Of a stretch of DNA of 64,000 nt, positions 1 through 10,900 are shown in pieces (position 1 is the first letter of the stretch; each line of letters opens with the position of its first letter). Position numbers and translations under genes: made by a program. This stretch comes from Scenedesmus sp. PABB004 (taxonomy: Eukaryota), in the NCBI GenBank assembly GCA_014905635.1, contig JABVCE010000025.1:124001-188000 (forward strand). Reading direction: 5' to 3'. The notes under the pieces are model-generated. The model worked only from the letters and a program-made list of their open reading frames with translations, had not been told where the DNA came from and ran no database searches.

Positions 1-617
1 AGGCGGCGCCCGCGTACGCCGCGCAGCCGCCCTACGCCCACGCGGCGCCAGCGTGCGCCGCCATCTACGCGCCGCCAGCGACCGGGCACCCGGTGCCGGC
101 GGCGCAGCTGCAGCCGAGCGGCGCCGCTCACGAGCCGTGCGCGTGCAGCCCGGGCTGGGTGCTTTTTGGGCTCGGCTTCATCTGGCCGGTCTGCTGGGTC
201 GTCGCCGTGTTCCTCCCGCTCTGCGTGCGCGGCCGGAACGTCCGCAACCCGGCGGTGAGCCCGGCGGCGCAGGCGCGCGCCCCGCCACGCGGCGCGCCAC
301 GCCTACCTCGGACGCCGCTGCGGCCGCGCGCACAGATCGCGTCGGGCGTGCTGCTCGCCGTGTGCGCCGTCGTCGTCGCCATCGTCGTCGGCGTCGTGCT
401 CTCGACCGCGCGCGCGGCCACCGGCACGAGCTGCTACAGCGTGGACGGACCTGGCGGCGTGCACTACGCTGTGTGCGTCACCCCCGGCGGCGCCGTGTCG
501 ATCGTGGGCCCCGGCGGCGCGCCCATCGCCAGCGGTCAGCTCCCCTCTGGCGGCACCGCGGCCCCCTGGGGCAACGGCACGTCGCTCGCCGACGTCCTCG
601 GATCGCTGCTGGCGTGA
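1..617 (+). CDS. Small membrane protein with a Pro/Tyr-rich N-terminus and 2 hydrophobic segments; 5' end lies outside the window. Resembles plant 'ribosomal protein L18a-like' membrane proteins
   Basis: Frame 3 reads AAPAYAAQPPYAH...CACSPGWVLFGLGFIWPVCWVVAVFLP. An in-frame GT-AG intron at 255..335 joins NVRNPA|IASGVLLAVCAVVV. TGA at 615-617. Family resemblance is from memory. Confidence 0.6.
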   Translation, partial: AAPAYAAQPPYAHAAPACAAIYAPPATGHPVPAAQLQPSGAAHEPCACSPGWVLFGLGFIWPVCWVVAVFLPLCVRGRNVRNPAVSPAAQARAPPRGAPRLPRTPLRPRAQIASGVLLAVCAVVVAIVVGVVLSTARAATGTSCYSVDGPGGVHYAVCVTPGGAVSIVGPGGAPIASGQLPSGGTAAPWGNGTSLADVLGSLLA

Positions 618-903
618 GGAGCCGCGCGCGGAAGAGGCGGCGGCGGCGCGCGAGAGCACAGCACCCGGGGTGAACGGGCAACGCGTCCGCGGTGGACCGC
701 GCCCGTGGACCGCGCCCGTCCGGCTCCCCAGTCAGCCGCCGGTCCGCAGCCCGACCCGTGCGCCTGTGGGCGTGCAGCACACGCGAGGGGCGCTGGCAGG
801 GCGGCGTTTGGGCGCCGCTGCGGGCGGCTGTGCGCCGCACGATCGAGCAGCGCCGCTCGCCGCGCCGCTCGCCGCGCCCGCCGCTCTAGCAGCCGACGCC
901 GCC

Positions 904-2769
904 ATGCTGCTGCGGTGCCGCGCGCCTGCGCGGCCTGTGGAGCGCGGCAAGGTGCGGGCGATCCCAGCAGCAGTGGCAGCAGCGGCAGCAGCGGCAGCAG
1001 CGGCAGCAGCGGCAGCAGCGGCAGCAGCGGCAGCAGCGCTGGCAGCGGCAGCAGCGGCGCTGACTGTCAGCGCTGACTATCAGCGCCGCTGCGCACGCCC
1101 GCCGCTCGCCGCCGCCGCTCGCAGCAGGCGCGCCGCTGCCACTGCCGCTGCGCCGGCAGTGGGCGGCCGTGGAGCGGCGGGCACTACGCGGCGTTTGCGG
1201 CGGCCGACGCGCTCGACGACGCCGCGCGGCGCCTGCGCATCCGCGCGGCGCAGGCCGCGCGGGCCGCGGGCGGCGCGGGCCTGCCGCCGGACCAGGCCGC
1301 CGCGCTCGCCGCGGCGGCGCAGGCGCTCGCGGAGCGGGACGGCGCCGAGGCGGCGCTGCGCGCGATGGACGCGGCGTCGCGCGCCGAGCGCTTTGACGAC
1401 GCCATCGCGCTGCGCGAGGCCAGCCTCGCGTGGCTGCGTGGGTGGTGGACGCTGCGCCCGGCCTCCGGCGGCGGCGCCGGCGGCGGCGGCGGCGCCGGCG
1501 CGCGCGCGAGCAGCCTGCTCCACGTCGGGCGCCGCGAGCACGGGCGCTTCACGGGCAGGTGTGTTGTGCGTGCGGGGCGGCCGCGCGGGCGCGTGCGCTG
1601 CGTGCGCGGCGGGGGCCCACGCGTGCCGTGCCCGCAGGCTCTTCACGCCCGCCGACCTCATGACCTTTGACCTGGGCAGCAGCAGCAGCAGCAGCAGCAG
1701 CGGCGGCGGCGGCGGCGAGCCGCGGCTTGACATGGCGGCGCTGCTCGCCGACCCGCGCTTCGGCACGCCGCTGTTCGAGGTCTTTGTCGCGCCGCCGCCG
1801 CCCGCGCCGGGCCCGGCCGACGGCGGCGACGGGGCGCGCGGCGGCGACCGAGCCGCGGCCGCGGCGGAGGCGTGCGCGGCCGCCGCTCACGGGTTGGACG
1901 CGCGGCCGATGGTCGTGGCGCTTCAGAGCGCACAGCGCGCGCTGAACGAGCTCCTCCGCGTCGTGCCGCAGCCGCGGCCGGCCGGCGGCGACGGCGGCCC
2001 CGCGCTGCGCCTCGCCAACCAGCGCGTCATGCTCCTCGCGCGGCCGGGGCCGGGCAGCGGCGTCACGGCGGCGGCGGTGTCGTGCGGCGACAACAGCGCG
2101 TTCTTTGTGTTTCGCGGCGGCGACGGCGGCGGCGGCGGCGGCGGCGCCGGGCAGCGGCCGGCGGAGGCCGGGTGCGGCGCGTTCAAGGTCACGTTCAGCG
2201 TCGACCGCAACGAGGTCGACCTGGTGCGCTGCCCTGGCAGCGTGTCGCGGTCGGGGGCGGCGAGCTTTGAGTTTGCCAGGCACGCGCTGCCGCGGCACGT
2301 GCCGCTCGCGATGTGCGGGCTGCTCGGCGGCGCGGACGGCGCGGACGGCGCGGAAGGCGGCGTGCGGCTGTTCCGGCTGGACCTGCAGTACGAGCTGCCA
2401 GACGCGGACGCGCTCGTCCGCGCCGCGGCAGCGGGCACGCCGATTGGCACCGCCGCCGCCGCGGCGGGCGAGCCGGCGCCCGCCTGGGCGCAGCGCGCGG
2501 CGGGCGAGCTGGCAGCGGCGCTGGGCGCGGGCGGCCCCGAGCCCACCGCGCTCGCGGCGCTGCTGGCTGCCGCAGCGGCCGGCACCGCGCCCGCCGGCGC
2601 CACCGTGTGCGAGGCGGCGCAGCCGGTGCGCGTGTGCGAGGTGCCGCTGCCGGACGAGGGCGGCGGCGGCGGCGAGCCGGCGGCCGCCGTGAGGCTCGCC
2701 TTTGACCGCGTCACGGCCGAGAGCGTGGTGCTGTCGTTCGGCGGCTGGGAGGTGCTCGCGGCCATGTGA
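904..2769 (+). CDS. EXECUTER (EX1/EX2)-like chloroplast protein, 3 exons, apparently lacking the C-terminal DUF3506
   Basis: ATG 904 with a transit-peptide-like start. Introns 952..1124/1127 (NAGNAG acceptor) and 1559..1637. Spliced protein has a UVR-like AERFDDAIALRE followed by WLRGWW, HGRFTGRLFTPADL and GTPLFEVFV, matching the EXECUTER N-terminal motif order. Confidence 0.65.
   Translation: MLLRCRAPARPVERGKVRAIPAAVAAAAAAAAAAAAAAAAAAAAALAAAAAALTVSADYQRRCARPPLAAAARSRRAAATAAAPAVGGRGAAGTTRRLRRPTRSTTPRGACASARRRPRGPRAARACRRTRPPRSPRRRRRSRSGTAPRRRCARWTRRRAPSALTTPSRCARPASRGCVGGGRCARPPAAAPAAAAAPARARAACSTSGAASTGASRAGVLCVRGGRAGACAACAAGAHACRARRLFTPADLMTFDLGSSSSSSSSGGGGGEPRLDMAALLADPRFGTPLFEVFVAPPPPAPGPADGGDGARGGDRAAAAAEACAAAAHGLDARPMVVALQSAQRALNELLRVVPQPRPAGGDGGPALRLANQRVMLLARPGPGSGVTAAAVSCGDNSAFFVFRGGDGGGGGGGAGQRPAEAGCGAFKVTFSVDRNEVDLVRCPGSVSRSGAASFEFARHALPRHVPLAMCGLLGGADGADGAEGGVRLFRLDLQYELPDADALVRAAAAGTPIGTAAAAAGEPAPAWAQRAAGELAAALGAGGPEPTALAALLAAAAAGTAPAGATVCEAAQPVRVCEVPLPDEGGGGGEPAAAVRLAFDRVTAESVVLSFGGWEVLAAM
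965..1058 (+). repeat. (GCAGCAGCG)n 9-mer microsatellite in intron 1 of the EXECUTER-like gene
   Basis: Directly visible tandem GCAGCAGCG units. Confidence 0.9.
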
Positions 2770-2925
2770 GCGCGGCCCCGCCCCGCGGCGCTGACGGCCC
2801 TGCGCAAGGGCCCGAGCTGCGGGGCGCGCGGGCATTGCACGAGGCAGCGCGTGGTAGCGGCGCGCGCGCGGGCCGCCGCTGCCCGCCCGCCCGCCCGCTC
2901 GAGCGCCGTCATGACTCGGCACTGA

Positions 2926-4514
2926 TCAGTAGCCCGCGCGCTTGTCGCACACGTTGAGCAGCGCGTCGCCGGCGATGTAGCGGGCCATGTTTTGCAGGAA
3001 GAGCTCGAGCGACTCAAACTGAAACTCCTTGGTCCGGTCGGCGTTGTGCGGCGACATGAACACGTTGTCCAGCCCCCAGAGCGGGCTCTCCGGCGGCAGC
3101 GGCTCCGTCGCGAACACGTCCAGCGCGGCGCCGCGGATGCGGCGCGCCCGCAGCGCTGCGCGCGGACGCGGCGCGGACACAGCGCGGCGGCGCGCGGCGC
3201 GTCGCGCGGCCGCCCGGCGCGCGCCGAGCCGGTGCCGCCGCAGCGCCACGCACCGCCCACCGCGCGCCGCGCGGCTCACCCTCGATGAGCGCCTCCTCGT
3301 CGACGCACTTGCCGCGCCCCACGTTGACCAGCACGCCGGTGGGCTTCATCGCGGCGATCGCGGCGGCGCTGACGAGCTTGTCCGTGGCCGGCGTGTGGGG
3401 CGTGGCGACGACGACGTAGTCGGACGCCGCCATGAGCTCGGGCAGCTGCGCGGGGCTGTACATGCGCTCCTGCGCGGCGGGCGGCGGCGCGCGTGCGCGG
3501 CGGCCGGCGGCGCGCGTGCGCGGCGGCCGGCGGGGCGTGCGGCGGGCCGGCGGGCCGGCGCGCCGGCAGAGCGCGTGCCGGCCGCGCGCCGCGCGCGCAC
3601 CACGACGCCCTCCGCCTGCTCCTCGGCCGACAGCGTCGTGTTGCGGCGCAGCGCGACGACGCGCATGCGGAACGCCTTGGCCAGCACCGCGGTCGCGCTG
3701 CGGTGTGACGGGCGCGGGGCCCGCTCAGGCGCGGGCGCGCCCTCGTTCGCGCGGCCGCGCGGCCGTGCGGGCGGCGCGGGCGCCTCACCGCCCGATGTCG
3801 CCGTAGCCGACGACGCCGAGCGTCTTGCCGCGCAGCTCCTCCACGTCGTACGGCTCCCAGCGCGCCGCCGCCTTGGCCGCGAGGAGGCGCGGGAAGTCCT
3901 TGGCAAAGTAGCTGCAGCACGTGAGCGCGTACCTGCGCGCGGGCGCGGCGCGCGTGGGCGCCCGCCGCCGCGCACACGATCGCCCTCGCGGCAAACGCGC
4001 GGCAAACGCTGCGCCGCGAGCGCGCGGCGCGGCGCGCACTCGGCGAGGCTGTGGGAGTACACGCCCTTGGCATTGGTCAGCGCGACGTCGCCCTCGACCA
4101 GCTCGGGGAACAGCAGGTGCTCGAGGCCCGCGCTCGAGCTGTGCAGCCAGCGCAGGCCGGTGAGCTTGTGCCAGAACGCGCGAATCTCGTCGCGTTTACC
4201 CGCGTTCTTGCCGACGCCGCAGCTGCGGCGGCGGCCGCGGCGGCGGCGCGGGCGCGTCAGGCCGGCTGCGGCCGCGGCGGCGGGTCAGACGGCTGCAGCC
4301 GCAGCGCCCGCGGCCGGACGCCAGCAGCGCACATGACCATCGCGTCGATGGCCGCCCAGTCATCGTCGCTCGGCAGCTGCTGGCCGAGATCTGAGAGCGT
4401 CTGCCCCGTCGCGACGACCCGCACTCCTGGCGGCAGCCGCTTGAGGACCTCGAGCTCCGGCGTCTCGCTCCCGGCGCACACCAGCAGGTTGACGGACTTT
4501 GCCGCCGCCGCCAT
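2926..4514 (-). CDS. D-isomer-specific 2-hydroxyacid dehydrogenase (NAD(P)-binding), 6 exons
   Basis: ATG 4514. Motifs WLHSSSAGLEH, TNAKGVYS, Rossmann GVVGYGDIG, LVNVGRGKCVDEEALI, GAALDVFATEPLP, SPHNAD. Five GT-AG introns; TGA at 2926-2928. Confidence 0.92.
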
Positions 4515-4985
4515 GAGGGCTGCGGGCCGTCTGCTGCCAGACGCCCGCCTGCGGCGTCGGAGCAGCAGCGCCGGCGCAGACCTGGGCGAATGCCGGCGCC
4601 GTCGCGCCTCGCGGCCCGGAGGCGCGGGTCGCGTCGCGCTGCTGCTGGTTCCCTCACGCACCTGTGCGGCGCGCGCAGGGGCGCGGGGCGCGTGGGCTGC
4701 GCGGCGGCGGCGGACGCTGCGGCGCGCATCTCCTGTCCGCGGCGCGCTGGCGCTGCGGCTCGGCCCGGCTGTCGAGCGACCGCGCTGGCGTGTCAGAAGC
4801 TCCCCAGGTGGCCCGCGCCGCGCGGTTCTGTCTGTCACACCAGGTGACGCTCGTCGCGAGCGCTGCCGACACCCCCGTGCAGTGCCGCCAGGCCGGAGAG
4901 TGAAATGAAGGGATGTGGTGGTGATGCGTGGTGGGGTTTGTACAGGGGAACGGCCGCCGCGCGCGCCGCGCGCGCCGCGCCGGCG

Positions 4986-7900
4986 TCACGCCGCGAGGCT
5001 GAGCAGCAGCGCGGTGCCGCGCATGACCCAGTGCTCCGGCTCCGCGCCGCCGGCGCGCAGGTCGACGGTGGCCATGTAGCTCGGGCGCTCGCGCGCGCCG
5101 CTGCGCGTGGGGTAGAGGTAGAGCGGGCAGGCGTAGTGCCCGCGCCCGGGGCGCTTGCGCGCCTCGGCCGGCTTGAAGTGCAGGATCGGCATCGGCACGA
5201 TCAGCTCCATCGGCGCCGGCTCGCACAGGCAGCCGCCCTCGTAGTCCCAGCCGCCGCCTGCGCGCGCGCGCGTGGTGGCGGAGTGAGCACGCGGGCGACG
5301 CGCAGCGGCGCGCCGGGCGCCGCGGGCCCCGCGCCGGTGGGGGCGTGGCGGCTGACACGTGCGCGGCGCCCCCCGCACCCTCGAGGAAGAGTCCCTTGAC
5401 GTACACGCCCTCCCGCGGCGGCGCCGCGATGCTGCGCTCCTCCGCGTTGACCACGCCGTGCTCAAAGCCGAGGCTGTCGATCGCCACGCCCGACCGCCGC
5501 GCCGTCGTCTGGCGAGCGCGGGCGCGCGGCGGCGGCCGCGTCGGCCAGCGCGCGTGCGCGCGCCGCGCCGCGTCGGCCCCGCAGGCGGGCTGCCACGGCC
5601 ACGCACACACGCACGCGCGCACGCACGTACGCACCTGCAGCACCGCGGTGAGGAAGCCGGTGGGGTATGTGAAGCCGCCGAGCCAGTAGATGCGCGGGTA
5701 GCCGCCATCCGCCCAGCGCGCGAGCTGGTCGAGGCGCGCGAGCAGGTCGCGCGTCCACGCGCCGAGCGGCTTGAGGCTCGGGTAGCACCGCAGCCACACG
5801 GGCGGGACCTTGCCGCCGTACAGCGCGTCAAACACCTGAGCCACACGTGTGAGGCCGCGTGCGCGCGGCGTACGCGGCGTGTGGTGCACTGGCGCCGGCG
5901 AGCGCGCCGAGCAAACGGCCAGCCCTGCCGCACGGCGCTGACCAGCCCTGCCGCACGCAAGCGGGTGGCGCCACCCCCCCCCCCCCCCCACACACACACA
6001 CATACACACACCTGGTCTAGGTCTGCGCTCATGACGACGAGGCCCTTGATGCCGCGCACGAGCTCGGCGCACCCGCGGCGCACCGCGACCAGCAGCGCGT
6101 TGTAGCGCTCGATCTGCAGCACGCCAGCAGCAGCAGCGGCAGCAGCGGCAGCAGCGGCAGCAGCGGCAGCAGCACGCGGGGTTTAGGGCCGAGCGCAGTC
6201 AGCAGGGAGCAGCCGGCGCGCACCGGTGGCCGCCCGCCGCCCGGCCGCCGCAGGGCGTGTGGCGGGGCACCGCCGTCCGGCCTTCCCTCTCGCCGCCAGC
6301 GCCGCCCCTCTCCCTGCCACCCCTCGCTCCCCTTCGCTGCGCCGCGCACCTCCTGGAAGAGCACCACGTGCAGCGCGCTCGGGTCGTCCTGCTTGGCCCG
6401 CATGACCGCCTCGAGGTTGAACGGCGCCGGCACCGTGTCCAGCAGGTCGGCCGCGATCGCCTCCACCAGCTCCTCGCGCCGCCGCCCGCCGCCGGGCGGC
6501 GCGCCGCCGGCGCCGCCCCCGCTGCCGCCGGCGCCCGTGCGCGGCGCGAGGCCCGCGAGGCCCTCCAGCAGGGCCTTGCTGTCCTCGATGAGATAGTTCA
6601 TCTCGGCGTTGGCGTGCTGCCCAAACGCCTCGGGCCTGCGCGGCGCGCGCGGGCCAGGCGCGCGGGTCGGGCGCGCGCCTGCCGCGGCCCGCGGGCGGCG
6701 CCGCGGCCCCGCGCCTGCCGCGGCCCGCCCCCGCCCCATGCCCCATGCCCCGCCGCGCCTGTCTGTCGTGGGCAGCGTCGCGATGTAGTCCCTGAAGCTC
6801 CCGAGGCTCCCCGGCTCGGGGATGAAGTACGCGGGCAGCGGGGAGAGCTTGAAGTTCACGGCCTCCAGCGCGTCCTCGCAGAAGAACCTGCGCGCGCGCA
6901 CACACGTGGCGTCAGCCGGCGGCGCAGCGCGCGGGCAGGCGGGCCGGCGCCAGCACGGCCGGCGTCGGCGGTGCCGCGCGCGGGTGCGAGCGGGGAGGGC
7001 GCGCACCGTGACATGTAGCTCGCCAGCACGCGGCGGTCGAGCTCGTCGGTGACGCGGCCGCCGTAGTTGGCCTCCGCGATGAGGTAGTGCAGCGCCGCCC
7101 AGGGCGTCGGCCCCGGCGCGGCGAGGTAGCTCTTCAGCAGGTCGTCAGACACGCTGGCGTGGGCGTGGGCAGGCAGGGGCGGCGCGGGCGGCGGCGGCGC
7201 GGGTGAGCCGGGGGGGGGGGCTGAGTTGGCGGCGGCGCGGGCGGGCGCGGGTGCGAATGATCGGAATGATCGTTCGCGGTCCGCGCGCCTGAAGTCTGTG
7301 TCGTTGAAGTCGTAGGGCACGTTGAGGCCCAGGCTCCTGAACTTGCGCCGCTCCAGCAGCACGCTGTGGTAGTACGCGAGCGCAAAGAGGAGCTTCTGGT
7401 ACTTGGCTGCGCGGCGCGGGCAGGGCGCGGGGCAGGGCGACGCCCGCGGCGGCGGCGGCGGCGGCGGCGGCTCGCGCGCGTCGGCCTGCCGGCTGCACGC
7501 GCCGTGCCGCGCGTCCGACATGCATGGCGCTGCCCCGCGCGCGGCGCGCGCGCACCGCTCGCGGCGCAGGCGGCGAAGCCCTCCTCGGTTATGCCGGCGT
7601 AGAGGCGCGTGAGGTTGGCGCGCAGGCCCTTGGGCGGCTCGGTCGTCATCTTGAGGCCGCGCTGCAGGATGGACGCGGGGAAGTCGGCGCTCGGCGCGGA
7701 GGAGAGCCAGAGGCGGAAGCGCTCGTGCGGCGCGCCGGCCTCGAGGCCCTCGATCAGCTTCTCCAGCGACGGCAGCCAGGAGGTCATGAGGTGGCAGTTG
7801 GCCAAGAAAACCCAGTGCCCCGCGCGCGCGCCCTCCTCCACCAGGCGCTGCGCGGTCGGCGCCTGCGGTCAGGAGCGGTCGCGGTGTCGGGCGGCGCGGG

Positions 7901-10900
7901 GCGCGCGCAGGAGGGGCGGGCGGGGCGGGCGAGGCGGGCGGGTGAGGGCGCCGCACCCCGCGCGGCGGCGCGCCGCGCGTGCTGTGCCGCCGCGCCGCCG
8001 CGCGCGCGACGCGCCTGGCCCTGGCCAAGCGCGACGGTGTGCAGGCGGCCCGCCATGTCGCGCTCGGCCGCGAGCTTGCGCAGCGGCTCGGTCGGGTCGA
8101 CGCCGGGGGAGAGCACGAAGATGAGCGGCGTGGACGGGCTGGAGGCGGCGAGCGCGTCGCCGAGGTCGAGCAGCGGCGGCTCGACGAAGCGCCGGCCGAG
8201 CGCGTTGGCGACGAACGTCGTCGCCGCAAACACGACGCGGTCGGGGCGCAGGCTGCGCAGCAGGAGGAGGCGCTGCAGCTCGTTGAGCTTGGCCTCCCAC
8301 TCGCGCGGCAGCTCGGCGGCCTCGGGCTCGGGCGCCCGGAACCAGGCCTCCCAGTCGGCCCCCGCGGCGTCGAGGCTGCCCGCGAGGCCCTTGAACGCGG
8401 GCAGCGCGTCCAGGTTCGCCAGGTTGTCCCACGCCGCCTCGCTCACCCAGCCGGGGCAGGGGTTGGGCGGCAGCGCCGAGCGGTCGAGCACCTGCGCCGG
8501 CGGCGCGCATGCGGCCGCCGCTGGGTGCCTCGGCCGCCGCCGCCGCTGCCGCTGCTGTCGCCGCGGCCGCCGCGCACCTGGCTGCCGCGCAGGAAGAAGG
8601 CCCACTCCTCCGCGTTGACCTGCCCCGCCGCCGCGAGCACGCGCACGCACATCTGCAGGCTGAGCAGCAGCTTGTGGCGCTCAAACAGCGCGCGCGCGGC
8701 GTAGGCGTAGACGGCGTAGGTGTGGTGCTCGTTCAGCGCCTTGATGCGCTCGGGCAGGCCCTCCGGCCGCGGGCTGGCCTTGATGCTGAGCGCAAAGAGG
8801 CCCGCGTAGGCGTCGAGGCTGAACTGATACATCGGGTCGACGCCTGACGCGCGGCGTGCGGCGCGGCAGGCGAGCGGGCGGCGCGGCGAGTGTGCGTGGC
8901 GCACGGCGCTGCGGCGCGGCAGCGGCGGCGCGCGGTGCGGCAGGGCGGCAGTCAGCGTGGGCGCACCTGCGAGGTCGTTGAGCACGAAGAACAGCACCGC
9001 CGCGCGCACGCTGCAGGGGCGGTACGCCGCCGCGGCCGCCTCGATCTGCCGCGCCGTGTCCTCCGCGACGCGCAGGCTCTCGATCACCTGCGGCGCGCGA
9101 TGCGCGGTGTCAGCGCCCTGGCCCCAAGCCGCCGCCGCGCGTCTGCAGCCCAGCGGCGGCAGCGGCGGCAGGGAGCGCGCACCTCCTCCCAGGTCGTCTT
9201 GGACGCGTCGAGCGTGTCGATGAGCTCCACGTTGTCCAGCAGCGACCCGCTCGCGTTGGCCAGGAGCTGCAGGATGGTGTCCTCCAGCTCCAGCTGCGTG
9301 CGCTTGCCCGCCGCGACCTGGGCGCCGCGCACGTGCGCGCGCACCGGGCATGAGCGCGGCGCCCCGCGGATGCCGCTCGCGCCCGCGCCCTCGCACGCTC
9401 CTGCGCACGCGCCCGCCCGCCGCCGCACCTTGACCACGAGCTCGCCCTTCTCGCGGTCCAGGTCGGGGCGCTCCGCCTTGACGACCGCCGCGAGCAGCTG
9501 CGCCTCGAGCCCGCTCTCCTTGACCGCAAAGCTGACCACCATCGCGCGCGTGGACACCTCGGGCGCGTAGTGCGGGTTGGCGAGCTTGGTCGACAGGTAG
9601 AGCTTGAACCCGGGCGCCACCTCGGCCTCCTTGTCGCCCAGCTTGACCACCAGCGACGCGCCGCGCCTGCGCGTGCGCGCCGGGCGCGGGAGTGGGGCGC
9701 GCGCGCGCGCGCTGCGCCCGGCGGCGCGCGCGCGCGCGCGGCGGCGGCCCCCTCGCGCGGCGCCGGCGCACCGCACGAAGGCCTTGGCCAGCAGGGGGTC
9801 GAGCACCGGGTCGATCTCCTCGCCCACGCCCGCGAGCAGCACGGGGCGGCCATGCGCGAGCGCGGCCTCGAGCTGGCGCAGCAGGTCGGGCGCCGTCGGG
9901 CTGAGCACGCGCAGCCCTGCGCCCGCCTCCATGCTGCGGATCCAGCGTACCGCCTGGCCCTGAGGGACAGGCCGGCGGCGCCGAGCCGGCCACGGCGGCA
10001 GCGGCGGCGGCGGCGCGCTCAGCGGGCGTGCTGCGCGGCGGCGGCAGCCGCGCCACACGCGCGTGCAATGCGCGGGCGCGCGCGTGCGCGCGTGCGGGCC
10101 GCGCCTGTGGGTCGATCATGAGCGGCCAGCGCCGGCCGCGCGTGACCATGACGCCGTTCTCGGTGCTGAACGCGTCGGCGGGCAGGCCCTGGATGTTCCA
10201 GTCGCGCACGCTCGAGGGGTCGGCCAGGAAGCCGCAGAAGTCAAAGCCCTCGCTGCAGGGGATGCCCAGTGCCTTGACCTGCGCCGCGGGCGGTCAGCGG
10301 CGGACGCATGCGCGCGTGCGCGTGTGTGCGTGCGCGCCGCAGCCGGCCCCGGCCCCACCTGCCCCATCCAGGTGCCCCTGACCAGCTCGTCCCGGAACTC
10401 GCTGGGGAAGGGCCCCGCGTAGCTCAGGAACGCCGCGGCCAGCAGCGCGTCGCCCGGCAGCGCGGCCAGGAACTGCTCGTAGCCCGCGATCGACCCCTGC
10501 CAGCGCACGCGCTCGCCCGCCAGCCCTGCGCCGCGGCGGCGCGCGCGGGCGGGCGTCGGCGCGGTGGCGAGATGATGCTGCGCGGCGTGCGCGCGCGCGC
10601 CGGCACCGCGCCGGGCTGTCAGGCAGCCAGCGAGCTGCGCCGCACCCGTGACGAGTTTCTCCGCGCGCAGCAGCTTGCCCTCCAGGTCGGTGAGCTCCGC
10701 CTCCAGCACCGTCTTGCGCGCGGTGCTCTCCTCGTACCTGCGCCCAGCGCGTGCTCAGCGCAGCGCAGCGCAGTGCAGCGCGCCGCCGCCCCACCAGCCG
10801 GCGTGGCCCGCGCGCGCGCGCGCCCGCCCGCCCCACCTGTCGCGCAGCGCCTTGACCTTGGCCAGCACCGCCGCGAGCGCCTCCTGCGCCGCCGCGAGCG

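Noticed and set aside
965..1058. Tandem repeats as a CRISPR array (also 6125..6173, 11343..11410, 42920..42992)
   Set aside because: No unique spacers, no cas genes, eukaryotic intronic context; simple microsatellites.
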